The notes beneath the pieces are model-generated. The model ran no database searches. It had not been told where the DNA came from and saw nothing but the letters and a program-made list of their open reading frames with translations. A stretch of DNA of 64,000 nt from an uncultured delta proteobacterium. GTDB lineage: Bacteria; Myxococcota_A; Polyangia; Polyangiales; Polyangiaceae. Numbering within the stretch: position 1 is the first letter of the stretch; each line of letters opens with the position of its first letter. Position numbers and translations under genes: made by a program. Below are positions 40,096-51,368 of the stretch, piece by piece. Where the stretch lies: the NCBI GenBank assembly GCA_963696385.1, contig CAVOKF010000008.1, positions 480,001-544,000 of the forward strand, in the 5' to 3' direction.

Positions 40096-41085
40096 ATGGC
40101 TCGTACCTTGAGATTCCGTGAAGCCTTGCGCGAAGCCATGATCGAAGAGATGGAGCGCGACGAGAACGTGTTCCTGATGGGCGAAGAGGTGGGGCATTAC
40201 CAGGGCGCCTACAAGGTGAGCGAGGGAATGCTCGACAAGTTCGGGCCGAAGCGCGTCATCGACACGCCGATCGCCGAAGCCGGCTTCGCGGGAGTCGGTG
40301 TCGGGGCGGCGATGGTGGGTCTTCGGCCCATCATCGAATTCATGACGTGGAACTTCAGCGCCGTCGCCTTCGACCAGATTTTGAACAATGCCGCGAAGCT
40401 TCACCAGATGTCGGGCGGCCAGTTCAACTGCCCGATCGTGTTTCGCGGACCGAATGCAAGCGCGCGGCAGGTCGGCAGCCAGCACAGCCACGCGATGGAG
40501 CACTTTTACGCGCACGTGCCCGGCCTCAAAGTGATCGCCCCGGCGTTTCCGGCGGACGCGAAAGGGCTCTTGAAGTCCGCCATTCGGGACAACGATCCGG
40601 TGCTGCTGATGGAGTCCGAAACGCTCTACGGCGTGCGCGGCGAGGTGCCGGACGGCGACTGGGCCATTCCGATCGGCCAAGCGCAGATCGTGCGGGCCGG
40701 CACGGACATCACGATCGTCGCCTATTCGCGCATGACCCATGTCGCGTTGGAGGCGGCGGCAGCCCTCGAAAAGGATGGGATCTCGGCGGAGGTCATCGAT
40801 TTGCGAAGCTTGCGCCCGCTCGACGAGTTCACGATCGTCGCGAGCGTCGAACGAACCCACCGGGCGGTCGTCGTTCACGAAGGATGGCCGTACGGCGGCG
40901 TCGGTGCCGAGATCGCGGACCGGGTGCAGCGTTTGGCATTCGACGCGCTCGACGCGCCCGTGCTGCGCGTAGCGACCCTGGATGTCCCGATGCCGTACAG
41001 CGCCCGGCTCGAGCTCGCTTGCATCCCGCAGCCCGACCGAGTCGTGGCGACCGTCAAGCGACTTCTCGCGCGCGGGCGCGCGTGA
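40096..41085 (+). CDS. pdhB: Pyruvate dehydrogenase E1 beta
   Basis: GEEVGHYQGAYKV, DTPIAEAGF, EFMTWNF, QHSH, LDAPV. Confidence 0.96.
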   Translation: MARTLRFREALREAMIEEMERDENVFLMGEEVGHYQGAYKVSEGMLDKFGPKRVIDTPIAEAGFAGVGVGAAMVGLRPIIEFMTWNFSAVAFDQILNNAAKLHQMSGGQFNCPIVFRGPNASARQVGSQHSHAMEHFYAHVPGLKVIAPAFPADAKGLLKSAIRDNDPVLLMESETLYGVRGEVPDGDWAIPIGQAQIVRAGTDITIVAYSRMTHVALEAAAALEKDGISAEVIDLRSLRPLDEFTIVASVERTHRAVVVHEGWPYGGVGAEIADRVQRLAFDALDAPVLRVATLDVPMPYSARLELACIPQPDRVVATVKRLLARGRA

Positions 41086-41100
41086 GCACGGAGGACCCCC

Positions 41101-42519
41101 ATGGCCAAGATCCTCGAGATGCCGAAGCTGTCGCCGACGATGGAAGAAGGAGTGCTTTCGGCCTGGCACAAGAAAGAAGGAGACGCCGTCGGCGTCGACG
41201 ACCTTCTCGCCGAGGTGGAGACGGACAAGGCCACGATGGAGTTTCGGGCCTTCGACAAGGGGACGTTGCTCAAGCTGCTCGTTCCGGCCGGCGCGCAGGT
41301 GAAGCTCGGCCAGCCTGTCGCCATCGTCGGCAACGCGGGGGAAGACATCTCCTCGTTCGTCTCGCTGGCCACCGGCACGAGCGCGTCCGCGGCCCAAGCC
41401 AAGCCCGCCGCCCCCGCCCCCGCGCCGGCGACGGACGCGCCGGCAGCCTTGCGCGTCGCCCCGACCCAGCAGCCGCCGCCACCGGAGACCATCGCGCCGG
41501 AGGCGCTGCGCAGACCCCCGGTCGGCAACCTGCTCGATCGAACGTCGTATCCACCCATCGAGAACGGCAGTCGCGCGGCCGGCGGGCGCGTGCTTGCGTC
41601 GCCCTACGTGCGCAAAGCGGCCCGTGAAATGGGAATCGACCTGCAAGGCGCTCAAGGCAGCGGACCCGGAGGGCGTGTCTTGCCGAGCGACCTCGACGGA
41701 TTGCGCGTAGCGAGCCCGCCGGCTTTGGTGCGCGCGCCGCGCGCGGCCCCCGTGACGGCTCCCGCCGCGGCGCGGGCCCCCTCCGGCGACGAGGACGAGG
41801 TGCGCCCGCTTTCGCCCATGCGCAAGACCATCGCGCGCAGGCTGACCGAATCGAAGGCGACGGTGCCGCACTTCTACCTGTCGATCGACGTCGACGCGTC
41901 GGGCCTCGTGAAGCTGCGCGATCAGATCAACCGGGAGATCGCTCCGCAAGGCAAATCGACCCCGGCGGACGGCCAGACGGACGCCCAGGCCCTGAAGGTT
42001 TCGTATAACGATCTGCTGATCAAGGCGTGCGCCGTGGCGTTGACGCACGTGCCGGAGTGCAACGCGAGCTTTTCGCCCGAGGCCATCCTCGTGCACAAGC
42101 GCGTCGACATTTCGGTGGCGGTGGCCATTCCGGACGGACTGGTGACCCCGGTCGTGCGCCATGCCGACCAGAAGAGCATCGTCAGCATCGCACGCGAAGT
42201 GCGCGATCTGGCCGCTCGGGCTCGTGCGCGCAAGCTCAAGCCCGAAGAGATGGCCGACGGCACGTTCTCCATCTCGAATCTGGGCATGTTCGGGATCGAT
42301 CAGTTTGCGGCCGTCATCAATCCGCCCGAAGGCGCAATCCTCGCGGTCGGCCAGGTCCGAGACGTTCCGGTCGTCTCGGACGGCGCCGTGATCGCCGGCA
42401 AGCGCCTCGCCATGACGCTTTCGTGCGACCACCGCGTGGTGGACGGGGCCATCGGGGCCGCGTTCCTCGCGGAGCTGCGCCGACTCGTCGAGCACCCCTT
42501 GCGTGTCTTGACCGGTTGA
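41101..42519 (+). CDS. pdhC: Dihydrolipoamide acetyltransferase E2
   Basis: Lipoyl motif ETDKA, ASPYVRK, FSISNLGM, DHRVVDGA. Confidence 0.96.
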   Translation: MAKILEMPKLSPTMEEGVLSAWHKKEGDAVGVDDLLAEVETDKATMEFRAFDKGTLLKLLVPAGAQVKLGQPVAIVGNAGEDISSFVSLATGTSASAAQAKPAAPAPAPATDAPAALRVAPTQQPPPPETIAPEALRRPPVGNLLDRTSYPPIENGSRAAGGRVLASPYVRKAAREMGIDLQGAQGSGPGGRVLPSDLDGLRVASPPALVRAPRAAPVTAPAAARAPSGDEDEVRPLSPMRKTIARRLTESKATVPHFYLSIDVDASGLVKLRDQINREIAPQGKSTPADGQTDAQALKVSYNDLLIKACAVALTHVPECNASFSPEAILVHKRVDISVAVAIPDGLVTPVVRHADQKSIVSIAREVRDLAARARARKLKPEEMADGTFSISNLGMFGIDQFAAVINPPEGAILAVGQVRDVPVVSDGAVIAGKRLAMTLSCDHRVVDGAIGAAFLAELRRLVEHPLRVLTG

Positions 42520-43526
42520 CATGGCGGCGCCGGTCGACGGCAGCCCTCGGATCTTCGCGCCGAGGGGTCGGGCGAGCCCTCGTCGTCGTTGGCGCGACCG
42601 CGGGGCTCGTCGGGTCGGCGCCGCAGGCCGGGGCCCACAAGCCGACCCGGGCCGAAGCCTACTGGCAGGGCCTGAGCCCGCCCGCACAAGAGGCACGCGC
42701 AACCGGCGTGCAAGTCCTTCGCGCCGCGCCGTCCGGTCGGGTCCGGATACCCGGCGGCACGTTCACGATGGGGTCGACGACGGCGGCGATGGTGGAGGCG
42801 TTGGAGCTTTGCCAAAGAGAAGTGAAAGGGGCCCAGTGCCATGACGCCGACGTCGTCGCAATCGTGCGAGCGGAAGGGCTTGCTCATTCCGTGACAATTT
42901 CCTCGTTTGATCTCGATCGCACGGAGGTGACGGTGGCGGACTACATGCGGTGCGCCTCCGCCGGCCCTTGCACGGCGCCCGACTGGTCCGCGGCGGACGC
43001 CCGATTCGCTCGACCGGACTTTCCCATCACCCACGTGCGCTGGGACGACGCGGTGACCTTTTGCCGGTGGGCGGGGGGCCGTCTTCCCACGGAAGCGGAG
43101 TGGGAATATGCAGCGCGGGGGCCCGAAGGGCGGCCGTTCCCGTGGGGCCACTTGTACAATCGCTACGTCGCCGACCACGGCGCGTGGGCCGAAGACCGCA
43201 CGGATGCGAGCGACGGATTCGCCGAACTCGCACCCGTCGGTTCGTTTCCCGACGGGGCGACACCCCAAGGGCTTCTCGACATGGCGGGCAACGCGGCCGA
43301 GTGGGTCGCGGACCTGCTGGAGCTCGATCCGGCTGGGCGTCCGGTCGGCTATCCGGCCGATCCCCAAGTCGATCCCCGGCCGAATTCGAGCGGCGGCGGC
43401 TTCCATGTCGTTCGCGGCGGATCGTTTCTGGACGCTCCCATGTGGCTTCGAGGAGCCGCCCGCGACGCGACAATCTCGCCCCGCCCGGCGTGGGTCGGGT
43501 TTCGATGCGCTGCGGACCTTTCGTGA
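42516..43526 (+). CDS. Formylglycine-generating enzyme family (SUMF1) protein
   Basis: GGTFTMG, EVTV, RLPTEAEWEYAARG, DMAGNAAEW, RGGSF, GFRCA. Confidence 0.9.
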   Translation: MTWRRRSTAALGSSRRGVGRALVVVGATAGLVGSAPQAGAHKPTRAEAYWQGLSPPAQEARATGVQVLRAAPSGRVRIPGGTFTMGSTTAAMVEALELCQREVKGAQCHDADVVAIVRAEGLAHSVTISSFDLDRTEVTVADYMRCASAGPCTAPDWSAADARFARPDFPITHVRWDDAVTFCRWAGGRLPTEAEWEYAARGPEGRPFPWGHLYNRYVADHGAWAEDRTDASDGFAELAPVGSFPDGATPQGLLDMAGNAAEWVADLLELDPAGRPVGYPADPQVDPRPNSSGGGFHVVRGGSFLDAPMWLRGAARDATISPRPAWVGFRCAADLS

Positions 43527-44438
43527 AGATCGCCCATTTCTCCGACCTTCACTTGCTCTCGCTCGCGGGAGTGCCCCGCCGGCGCTTTCTCAACAAGCGC
43601 ATGACCGGCTGGGCCAACTTGCGCTTCAAGCGCAGCGCCATTCATCGCGCCAGTTACGTCCGCGCCATCGCGCGCGACATCCGGGCGGCCGGCTTCGATC
43701 ATGTCGTCATCACGGGCGATTTGACCAATCTCGCGCTCGAGTCGGAGTTCGACCTGGTTCGCGATCTGCTCGAACGCGAGCTCGGTGTCGACCCAGCCCA
43801 GGTGAGCCTCGTTCCCGGCAACCACGACCTCTACACGCGCGGATCGCTCGTGACTCGCCGCTTCGAACGGTACCTCGGGCCTTGGCTCGCGAGCGATCTG
43901 CCGAGCCTGTCGGCCGACGTCGCGGGCGCTCGCTTCCCGGTCGTCAAGAATCCGGGCCGGGGTGGCCATCATCGCCCTCTCGAGCGCCGTCCCGCGCCCC
44001 CCGTTCGTCGCGGCCGGCGAAGTCGGCGGCGACCAGCTGCAAGCGCTCGCACGCATTCTCGCCCACCCCAAGGTCGCCGGGCGGGCCGTGGTCCTTGCCG
44101 TGCACCATCCGGTCGTCGAGCCCGCATCCAGCCTGCACCATTACATCGAAGGGCTGCGCGATGCGCCCGCTCTGCTCGCGTTGCTTCGAACGCTGCCTCG
44201 CGGACTCGTCGTGCACGGTCACCTGCATCGCCGGGTGCAGCGCGCCATCACGACCTCGACCGGTGTTCTCGACCACGTGGGCGCGACGAGCGCGTCGCTC
44301 CATCATGATTCGCCTGACCGCATGGCCGGCTACAACGTGTACGATTTGGGCGAGGGCGCGACCGCGAAGATCGACGCGAGGGTTTACGACCCCGGCACCG
44401 ATTCGTTTCGCATCCACGTCGTTCCCCAGCACGCGTAA
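43523..44438 (+). CDS. Metallophosphoesterase; frameshift at about 43948-43952
   Basis: SDLH, TGDLT, GNHD in the first frame; HHP, HGHLH in the second. Confidence 0.88.
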
Positions 44439-44538
44439 GAGCCCCATCGCCCTAGGGCGAACGATTGCAAAGCGAGCTCCGAAGGGCAATCCGGCTCCCG
44501 CGACCGCCCCCCAATCGCGCGACCGCGGTTGGCGCCCT

Positions 44539-44760
44539 TCAGGCCGTGGCGCTCGCGCCGCTCGGCCGAAGAACGTTGACGGCCTGCAGTCCTTTAGGGC
44601 CTTCCTTGATGTCGAACTCCACGACTTCGTCTTCGTAGAGACGACGCCGGCCCTCCCCTTGAATCTGCGAGTAGTGCACGAATACGTCGGGACCCGCGTC
44701 TTGCTTGATGAAGCCCCAACCCTTCTCGTCGTTAAACCACTTGACCCGTCCCAATGCCAT
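44539..44760 (-). CDS. Cold-shock protein
   Basis: GRVKWFNDEKGWGFI, DVFVHYS, GPKGLQA. Confidence 0.96.
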   Translation of the reverse strand: MALGRVKWFNDEKGWGFIKQDAGPDVFVHYSQIQGEGRRRLYEDEVVEFDIKEGPKGLQAVNVLRPSGASATA

Positions 44761-44919
44761 CGGAATGCCTCCACTGCAAACTTGCCAGTACACACCGCAA
44801 CGCCGCGTACGGGCCTCGTGGCCACTCTCGCGGACGGCGCGTCATGGCCATTGACGCGCGCTCGACCTGCAGACTGCACGAATCGTCGACACCGACATAG
44901 CTCCCACCGACAGCGCAGT

Positions 44920-44949
44920 ACGCTAGGGGATTGCGTTCTCGGAGGTCAA
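44920..44949 (-). promoter_or_regulatory. Candidate sigma-70 promoter giving csp a long (about 150 nt) 5' UTR
   Basis: Minus strand TTGACC-N18-TAGCGT. Confidence 0.4.
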
Positions 44950-45051
44950 GCGCGGATGCATTGGCCGCCACAGACGATTGACAGCAGCGGGCAATCGGGA
45001 TCCAGCGTATCCCGCGTTACGCGCGCACTCGATCGTGCGGAGTGCGGGGAG

Positions 45052-46317
45052 CTACCGCCGAAGCTTGTCGCGCGCTTCGAGGGCGTCGAGCTCTTGCAGG
45101 TTGGCCTTGATGCGCGGGTCGTCGGGCGAAAGGACACCGGCCCGATCGAAGGCCGCGCGGGCCTGTCCACGGGTATGGGCATCACGCGCCAACACCGTAC
45201 CCAAGTTGATCCACGCCCCCACCAGGTTCGAGTCGAGGCGCAGCGCTTGCCGGTATTCGGAAATGGCCCGATCGACGTGTCCGGACTGCTGCAGCGCGAA
45301 ACCGAGGTTCGAGTGGAACGCGGCACGAGCGGGATCGATCTGGACGGCGCGTTCGAGTTCGGCGATGGCGCGCTTCAGATCCTGAGTCCCCAAAAGCGCC
45401 GTGCCGAGATCCGAGTGCGCCCGAGCGTCGCCGTCGTCCATGCGCACCCGCGCTTCGTACTCGCCAATCGCCTCTTGCGTGCGTCCGGCCATCAGCAGCG
45501 CCGTTCCGAGGTTGCCGCGCCGGGCACTGCTCTCTGGATCGAGAGCGACGGCACGGGTGAGCTCCTTCACCGAATCGTCCGAACGCCCGACGGCGAGATA
45601 GGCGATACCCAACTGGGAGTGGGCCTCGGCGACGCCGTCGAGCAGGCGCGTGCCCGTGTCCAACGCCTCGATGGCCCGGGGAGCCTCGCCGAGCAGAAGA
45701 AGCGCCCGTCCGAGCTCGACCGACGCCGGCCCGAACGCGGGCGCCGCCTTCACCGTCCGGGCCAGCTCGGCCGCAGCGGCCATCACCACCGCATTGCCCT
45801 TGGCGACGCCGTAATCGAGCGGCAAGTCGAGCCGCGCAATCCGCACGCGCGCGAGTCCGACCGAAGCCCCCGGACTCCGGGGCGCGACGGCACGGGCGGA
45901 CCGGTAGTGTTTCTCGGCTTCGGGAAAGTCGCCCCGCTCGAACGCGTCGTCGCCCAGAGAAAGCTCGCGATCGTCGACGGCACCGGAATCCGATGCGAGC
46001 CGGACCGTCGGAGAGAGGGGGGTCGGGGTCGAGGTCGCGGTCGAGGTCGCGCTCGGGGTCGAGGTCGAGGTCGAGGTCGAGGTCGAGGTCGAGGTCGGGG
46101 TCGGGGTCGGGGTCGAGGTCGGGGTCGCGCTCGGGGTCGAGGTCGGGGTCGAGGTCGAGGTCGCGATCGAGGTCGCGCTCGGGGTCGAGGTCGAGGTCGC
46201 GGTCGGGGTCGAGGTCGGGGTCGAGGTCGAGGTCGCGCTCGCGGTCGACGGCGGCAGGGCGTTCGTTGCGCTGCACCCGACGACGAACATCAGCGCGACG
46301 CCTTCACGGATTCTCAT
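45052..46317 (-). CDS. TPR lipoprotein with Ser/Thr/Pro stalk
   Basis: Lipobox VGC; repeated AHS(D/N)LG..L TPR units; stalk encoded by a hexamer array. Confidence 0.9.
   Translation of the reverse strand: MRIREGVALMFVVGCSATNALPPSTASATSTSTPTSTPTATSTSTPSATSIATSTSTPTSTPSATPTSTPTPTPTSTSTSTSTSTSTPSATSTATSTPTPLSPTVRLASDSGAVDDRELSLGDDAFERGDFPEAEKHYRSARAVAPRSPGASVGLARVRIARLDLPLDYGVAKGNAVVMAAAAELARTVKAAPAFGPASVELGRALLLLGEAPRAIEALDTGTRLLDGVAEAHSQLGIAYLAVGRSDDSVKELTRAVALDPESSARRGNLGTALLMAGRTQEAIGEYEARVRMDDGDARAHSDLGTALLGTQDLKRAIAELERAVQIDPARAAFHSNLGFALQQSGHVDRAISEYRQALRLDSNLVGAWINLGTVLARDAHTRGQARAAFDRAGVLSPDDPRIKANLQELDALEARDKLRR
46018..46247 (-). repeat. Hexamer array inside the TPR gene, read as STST/TPTP
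   Basis: Tandem gaggtc/ggggtc/gcgctc on the plus strand. Confidence 0.95.
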
Positions 46318-46720
46318 GTCTTTTCACCACGGCCCAGGCGTGAGCGATAACGTCGCGCGCCGCCTCGAGGACGAAGGCCTGCGTTCGCGGGGTCCGCAAG
46401 ACGACGACATCCGACGAGGGCGGCTTGGCCTCGAGCACTTGCTTGCAGGCTTGCCGCACGCGCTCCGGAACGTTCGGGTCAATCGACAAGGCTTCGATGT
46501 GCTCGACGTAGGTGCGTCCCAAGGGCTGCTCTGGTTCCACAATCAATACGGCGTTCAACGCCATGCCCGCCGCCCGCTTGACGCCGGTGAAGCCCGCGCG
46601 ACCGTCGCCGCCCGTCAGCGCCTTCTCGGCGCGAGCGAGCTCGCCCAACGCGGCGCGGATCCATTCGTCCGGAAGCAGCCGGTGCAGCCAGTGACCCGGG
46701 TCGCGCGAGAACTCACCCAT
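46304..46720 (-). CDS. Hypothetical protein, HEPN-like helical bundle
   Basis: WIRAALGELARAEKAL..GD...KRAAGMALNAVL pattern resembles the HEPN N-terminal helices. Confidence 0.55.
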   Translation of the reverse strand: MGEFSRDPGHWLHRLLPDEWIRAALGELARAEKALTGGDGRAGFTGVKRAAGMALNAVLIVEPEQPLGRTYVEHIEALSIDPNVPERVRQACKQVLEAKPPSSDVVVLRTPRTQAFVLEAARDVIAHAWAVVKRHENP

Positions 46721-46739
46721 CGGCGCGGACCCCCAACCG

Positions 46740-48302
46740 CTAGGTTCGAAGCGTCCGGGTCGTCTGCTCCTTGCCGTCGTAGCGCAGCGTCACCGGCTTT
46801 CCCTCGGCCACCGTCGTCACGTTGACGGGCCGCTTCCAGATTCGAAGCACGCTGCGCATCACTTCCTTGGCGTAATCCTGCCGCAGATCGAGCCCTTGAT
46901 GGTCGTGGCGGAGCAAGAGCTCACCGCGATTGTCGAAGTTTGCCTCTTCGACGTAGATGAACGGATTGCCCCCGTTGGTCAGCTGAAAGAGCAGCTTCTC
47001 TTTGACGGTCTTGAACTCGCGCGACTCAATCTCGTAACGCTCGTTGCGGTTGGACCACGAGAAGCTGAAGAGCTTGTGTTCGCGCACGAAATCCGGCGTC
47101 AAAAACTCGTCGATGAACGTGACGTCGTTGTAGAGCGCACGGACCTCGCGAATCTTCTTTTTGCCCAGGCCGAGCCGCAGGTTCCAGTTTTTCTTGGCGT
47201 CCAGATCGTCGCAGTCTTCCCATTCCTTGCCGAACTGTCCGCGATCCCACCGCTCCTCGATGTGCCGAAACAGCTCGACGCCGAGCTTGTACGGGTTCAA
47301 GCGACCCCCCGACGTCGCCAACACGCCGGCCGCGTGGTCGGCGTAGTCGATGATCTCGCTCGCATCGAGGATGTGCTCGGTCATGAGCTTGGAGTGCCAA
47401 TACGTGGCCCATCCCTCGTTCATGATCTTGGTCTGCCACTGGGGCGCGAAGTAGCAGGCCTCTTCGCGAACGATTTCGAGAACGTCGTGCTCCCACCGCT
47501 CGAGGGGCGCGTGCTCGAGAAAAAACAAGAGGACGTCGCGCTCGGAGTGACGAGGAAACTTGGTCGATTTCTCGCGCTCGGCCTCCATCTTTTTCTTTTG
47601 TCGTTCGAGGTACTCGGCCGGGTTGATGAACGACTCCATGTACTCCTTCGCTCGCAAGCGCGGGACCTCCGTGGCCTTGGGCTCCTCGTCCTCGGCCGGG
47701 GGCTTCGGCCGCCGGCCGGTGTAGGCGGCGTGCAAGTCGATGAGGTTCTCGAGACTCAGACAATGGTCGACGAACTCTTCGACCTTGTTGATGCCTTGAC
47801 GCGCCACGATGCGACGCATGCGCGAACCGTGGTTGGCCATTTTGTCGATCCAGCGCCGGTTCGGATCGTAGTCGCGCGGGCGCTTGACGGGATGGACCGT
47901 GCGCCCGCCCGTGTCCAAATCCGTCTGTCGGAAGCAGTAGTTGTTCTTGAAGAAGTCGACGTGAGCGTACACGTGCGCCATCACGAGCTTCTGATCGACC
48001 AGCGAATTTCCCTCGAGAAGGTACCCGTACGACGGGTTGTTGTTGATCACCATCTCGTAGATCTTGGACAGGCCGTACTCGTAGCTCTTGGCGAGCCGCT
48101 CGTACTCCATACCGAATCGCCAGTGCGGGTACCGGTTCGGAAAGCCACCGTACGCGGCAATCTCGTTCATTTGATCGTAGGTGAGGATCTCGAAGACCGT
48201 CGGAAAGAAGTCGAGTCCGGCGTCCGCCGCGAACTTCTCGATCCGGTTCTGCTCTTCGCGCAAGTAGGTCGGCAGCGAGGTCTTCAGCGCGAACTCGCTC
48301 AT
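46740..48302 (-). CDS. spoVR: SpoVR/YcgB family protein
   Basis: [53 protein letters not shown]. Confidence 0.95.
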   Translation of the reverse strand: MSEFALKTSLPTYLREEQNRIEKFAADAGLDFFPTVFEILTYDQMNEIAAYGGFPNRYPHWRFGMEYERLAKSYEYGLSKIYEMVINNNPSYGYLLEGNSLVDQKLVMAHVYAHVDFFKNNYCFRQTDLDTGGRTVHPVKRPRDYDPNRRWIDKMANHGSRMRRIVARQGINKVEEFVDHCLSLENLIDLHAAYTGRRPKPPAEDEEPKATEVPRLRAKEYMESFINPAEYLERQKKKMEAEREKSTKFPRHSERDVLLFFLEHAPLERWEHDVLEIVREEACYFAPQWQTKIMNEGWATYWHSKLMTEHILDASEIIDYADHAAGVLATSGGRLNPYKLGVELFRHIEERWDRGQFGKEWEDCDDLDAKKNWNLRLGLGKKKIREVRALYNDVTFIDEFLTPDFVREHKLFSFSWSNRNERYEIESREFKTVKEKLLFQLTNGGNPFIYVEEANFDNRGELLLRHDHQGLDLRQDYAKEVMRSVLRIWKRPVNVTTVAEGKPVTLRYDGKEQTTRTLRT

Positions 48303-48306
48303 GACG

Positions 48307-49419
48307 TCAATTCCCCTTGCCCAAGAATTCTTTAATCGACGCCACGATGGCGTCCTTGTCGCGGATCTCGCTCGTCACGACGCGCGGGTCCTTGCCGAAG
48401 TGCTCGCGCAGATCCTTGACGAACTGCCCAGACCCGTACGGACTCTCCACCTGTCCGTAGGCGAACATGTTGACCCGCGGCAAGAGCTTGCTCTTCAGGA
48501 CTTCGACGCAAAGAAGGGTGTCGTCCATCGACCAGTTGTCGCCATCCGAGAAGTGGAAGGGATAGATGTTCCACTCCTCGGGGGGGTAATGGTCGTCGAC
48601 GACCTGAGCGCAGAGCTTGTACGCACTCGAGATCATCGTTCCGCCGCTCTCGCGCGTATGGAAGAACGTCTCGCGGTCGACCTCGCGGGCGACCGCGTCG
48701 TGAATGATGTAGCGGCTCTCGAGCCCCTTGTATTGCTTTTGCAGCCACGCATCGATCCAGAAGCTCTCGATGCGCACGATCTCCTTCTGCTCGTCGCCCA
48801 TCGATCCGGACACGTCCATCATGTAGATGATGACGGCGTTCGCGACCGGCTCGGCCTCCGTCTTCCAGCTGCGGTAACGCTTGTCGATGGGGATGGGGAC
48901 GACCATCGGATTGGCCGGCGCGTAGGTCCCCATGGCGATCTGCCGCTTGAGAGCTTCGCGGTAGGTGCGCTTGAAGTTGCGGAGCGACTCGGGACCGACC
49001 CGACGGATGCTCGTGTAGCGGTCCTTGGCATTGATGATCTTGCTCTTGCCCTTGTCGCGAATATCGGGAAGCGCGAGCTCCTCTCCGAGAATGGCCGCGA
49101 GCTCGTCGAGCGTCACGTCGACCTCGAGAACGTGATCGCCCGGGGCCGAGCCGGCCTGCTTGCCTTCGCCGGCTTGATCCCCGTCTTGGCCGCCCATGGG
49201 ATCTCCCGGATTTCCGTCGCCCTGCCCCGCGCCTCCGCGCGGGCGCTCGCCGAACGAAAAGTGGGGAATGTCGATTTGCGGAATCGGGATCGAGACGACG
49301 TCTTTGCCCTTGCGACCGACGAGCTCCCCCTGCGAGATGTACTTGCGCAGGTTTTGCCGAATCTTACCGCGGACAATCGCGCGGAAGCGGGAGTGGTCCT
49401 GGTCGATCTTCAGGGACAT
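48307..49419 (-). CDS. yeaH: YeaH/YhbH (DUF444) vWA-like protein
   Basis: [33 protein letters not shown]. Confidence 0.93.
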   Translation of the reverse strand: MSLKIDQDHSRFRAIVRGKIRQNLRKYISQGELVGRKGKDVVSIPIPQIDIPHFSFGERPRGGAGQGDGNPGDPMGGQDGDQAGEGKQAGSAPGDHVLEVDVTLDELAAILGEELALPDIRDKGKSKIINAKDRYTSIRRVGPESLRNFKRTYREALKRQIAMGTYAPANPMVVPIPIDKRYRSWKTEAEPVANAVIIYMMDVSGSMGDEQKEIVRIESFWIDAWLQKQYKGLESRYIIHDAVAREVDRETFFHTRESGGTMISSAYKLCAQVVDDHYPPEEWNIYPFHFSDGDNWSMDDTLLCVEVLKSKLLPRVNMFAYGQVESPYGSGQFVKDLREHFGKDPRVVTSEIRDKDAIVASIKEFLGKGN

Positions 49420-49511
49420 CGATCTTCAGTCTAGCGCCCTGCCACGGTCGGCGCCTCACGTTGACGGAGAGTCGGCGACCGCGACCCAAGCGACCGTGGC
49501 TCGGCTTCGCG

Positions 49512-51368
49512 TCACCTGGGGTCGGCGATGTCGGTCGGGATCGAACCGATCGGTCGGATCGGCCGTTCCAAAGCGATGCGCGCGATCCACACGCACACGA
49601 GCGCATGGGCCGCACCCCAGACGCCCGCCAGCATGGGCCCACCGACGAAGACCCCGTCGCCGGAGCCCAGGTTCGCCACCAAGAAGGCCGCCATGCCGAG
49701 AGCGATTCCTCCGATGAAAGGACGCAGCAGGCGGCTGCCGAAGCCGAGGGCCGTAAGGGCCAGGACCGGCAGCGCGCTCGCCAAGAGGAGCCATCGGTGG
49801 GCACCGACCCCGAAGACGACGATGTCCCACTCGCCGAGCGGGCGCGTGGCAAGATCGATCCAAAGACCCCCGAGGCTCGCGGTCGGGGCAAGACCCACGA
49901 GCGGCGCGAGCGGCAGCAGCCCGACCGCCCCGACCAGCGCGCCGACCGCGACGGCCGCGCTCCGGTCGATGCGCCCCCGACGCTGGCGAATGCGCCAGGC
50001 GACCAGCCACGCCACGGCCACGAGGGCCAGGATGCGGGCGGCGAAGTGGCCCCAGAACACGCGGGCCGCCGCCTTGCCGGCGTCGAGGATGCCCGCTCCG
50101 TAAAGCGCCGGATCGCCGTTGGCACGCGCGCTCGCGGCCAGCACCTCGGCCACTTTCGATGCCCGGGTGACGCCGAGCGATTCGATCAATGCGGCGACAC
50201 CGGCGACGTGGGGCGAGGCCATGCTGGTGCCGTTGAAGGTGCCGAAGATCTCGCACTTGTCGTGGCCCCCGTTGCAGATGGTCTGCTGGGTGATGGCAAC
50301 CCCCGGAGCCGCCAGGGCGATCTCCGGGCCGCGCGACGAGAACCGGGCGATCCGGTCCTCGTCGTCGGTCGCGCTGACCGCGATCACGCCGGGATAAGCC
50401 GCCGGCCAGCCCACCTTCTTGCCGCTGTTGCCGGCGGCGGCGACGACGACGACCCCCTTGGCGAGGGCGTGATCGACCGCGGCCGCGAGGATGCGACTCT
50501 TGATCGGGCCGCCGAGCGACAGGTTGATGACGCCCGCTCCCTCGTCGGCCGCAAAGCGGATCCCTTCGGCGACGTTCGCGACGGTCCCGAACCCCTGCTT
50601 GTTGAGCACTTTGACGGGCATGAGCGTCGCGCAAAACGCGAGGCCCGCCGCCCCGACGCCGTTGTTGGTGGTTTGTGCGATCGTCCCGGCGACGTGCGTG
50701 CCGTGCCCCTGGTCGTCGTACGCCTCCGGCGAATCGGCGACGAAGTTCCATCCGCCCTGGCAACGCGTCCCCGCCAGGTCGGTGCCGCGGGAAAACGGGC
50801 CTCGATCGAAGCACGCCACACCCGTGTCAACGACCGCAACGGTCGCGCCCCGGCCGCAGCCGTAGTTCCACGCGCGTTCGGCGCCGACCCGCTTGAGGTG
50901 CCATTGCTTGCTCGCGTAGAGCGGGTCGTCCGGAACGAACGTCGCATGGTACAGCGCCATGGGCTCGACGTGATCCACGCGCGAATCGCCCGCGAGCGAC
51001 GCGATCAGCGCCGCTTCGCGGCTCGGCTCGACGTCGGCGACCTCGATCTTGTCGTGCGTCGCGCTCCAGGCGCTGTTGGGGCGCATCGAAAGCCCATAGC
51101 GGCCGGCGATGTCGGCGATGTCGGCCGGACTCGCGTCGTCTTGCAAGTCGATCGCGATCTCTCCGGCCACCTCGTCCGCGGCCGCTTCGTCGGCGGCAAC
51201 GGCGGGGTCGGCAGCGCCCCCAAGGGCCTGGGGCGACGGGAGCGACGTCGATTCGACGTCGGCCGCGATCGCCTCCCCATTCTGTTCGTGCGCGACGCCG
51301 CTGCCCCCGCACGCGAGGCCGAACGACGCAAAGACCCCTACGACCAAGGCGACGAGCCGTGTGCGCAT
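49512..51368 (-). CDS. S8 subtilisin-like protease with C-terminal membrane domain
   Basis: VVDTG, HGTHVAG, AAGN, GTSMASPH; lipobox LAC; several C-terminal TM helices. Confidence 0.92.
   Translation of the reverse strand: MRTRLVALVVGVFASFGLACGGSGVAHEQNGEAIAADVESTSLPSPQALGGAADPAVAADEAAADEVAGEIAIDLQDDASPADIADIAGRYGLSMRPNSAWSATHDKIEVADVEPSREAALIASLAGDSRVDHVEPMALYHATFVPDDPLYASKQWHLKRVGAERAWNYGCGRGATVAVVDTGVACFDRGPFSRGTDLAGTRCQGGWNFVADSPEAYDDQGHGTHVAGTIAQTTNNGVGAAGLAFCATLMPVKVLNKQGFGTVANVAEGIRFAADEGAGVINLSLGGPIKSRILAAAVDHALAKGVVVVAAAGNSGKKVGWPAAYPGVIAVSATDDEDRIARFSSRGPEIALAAPGVAITQQTICNGGHDKCEIFGTFNGTSMASPHVAGVAALIESLGVTRASKVAEVLAASARANGDPALYGAGILDAGKAAARVFWGHFAARILALVAVAWLVAWRIRQRRGRIDRSAAVAVGALVGAVGLLPLAPLVGLAPTASLGGLWIDLATRPLGEWDIVVFGVGAHRWLLLASALPVLALTALGFGSRLLRPFIGGIALGMAAFLVANLGSGDGVFVGGPMLAGVWGAAHALVCVWIARIALERPIRPIGSIPTDIADPR

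Noticed and set aside
43108..46350. 1080-aa ORF and other long overlapping ORFs (39892-42702, 51109-53793, 55014-57650 N-part)
   Set aside because: Shadow frames typical of high-GC DNA; they overlap well-supported genes and lack motifs
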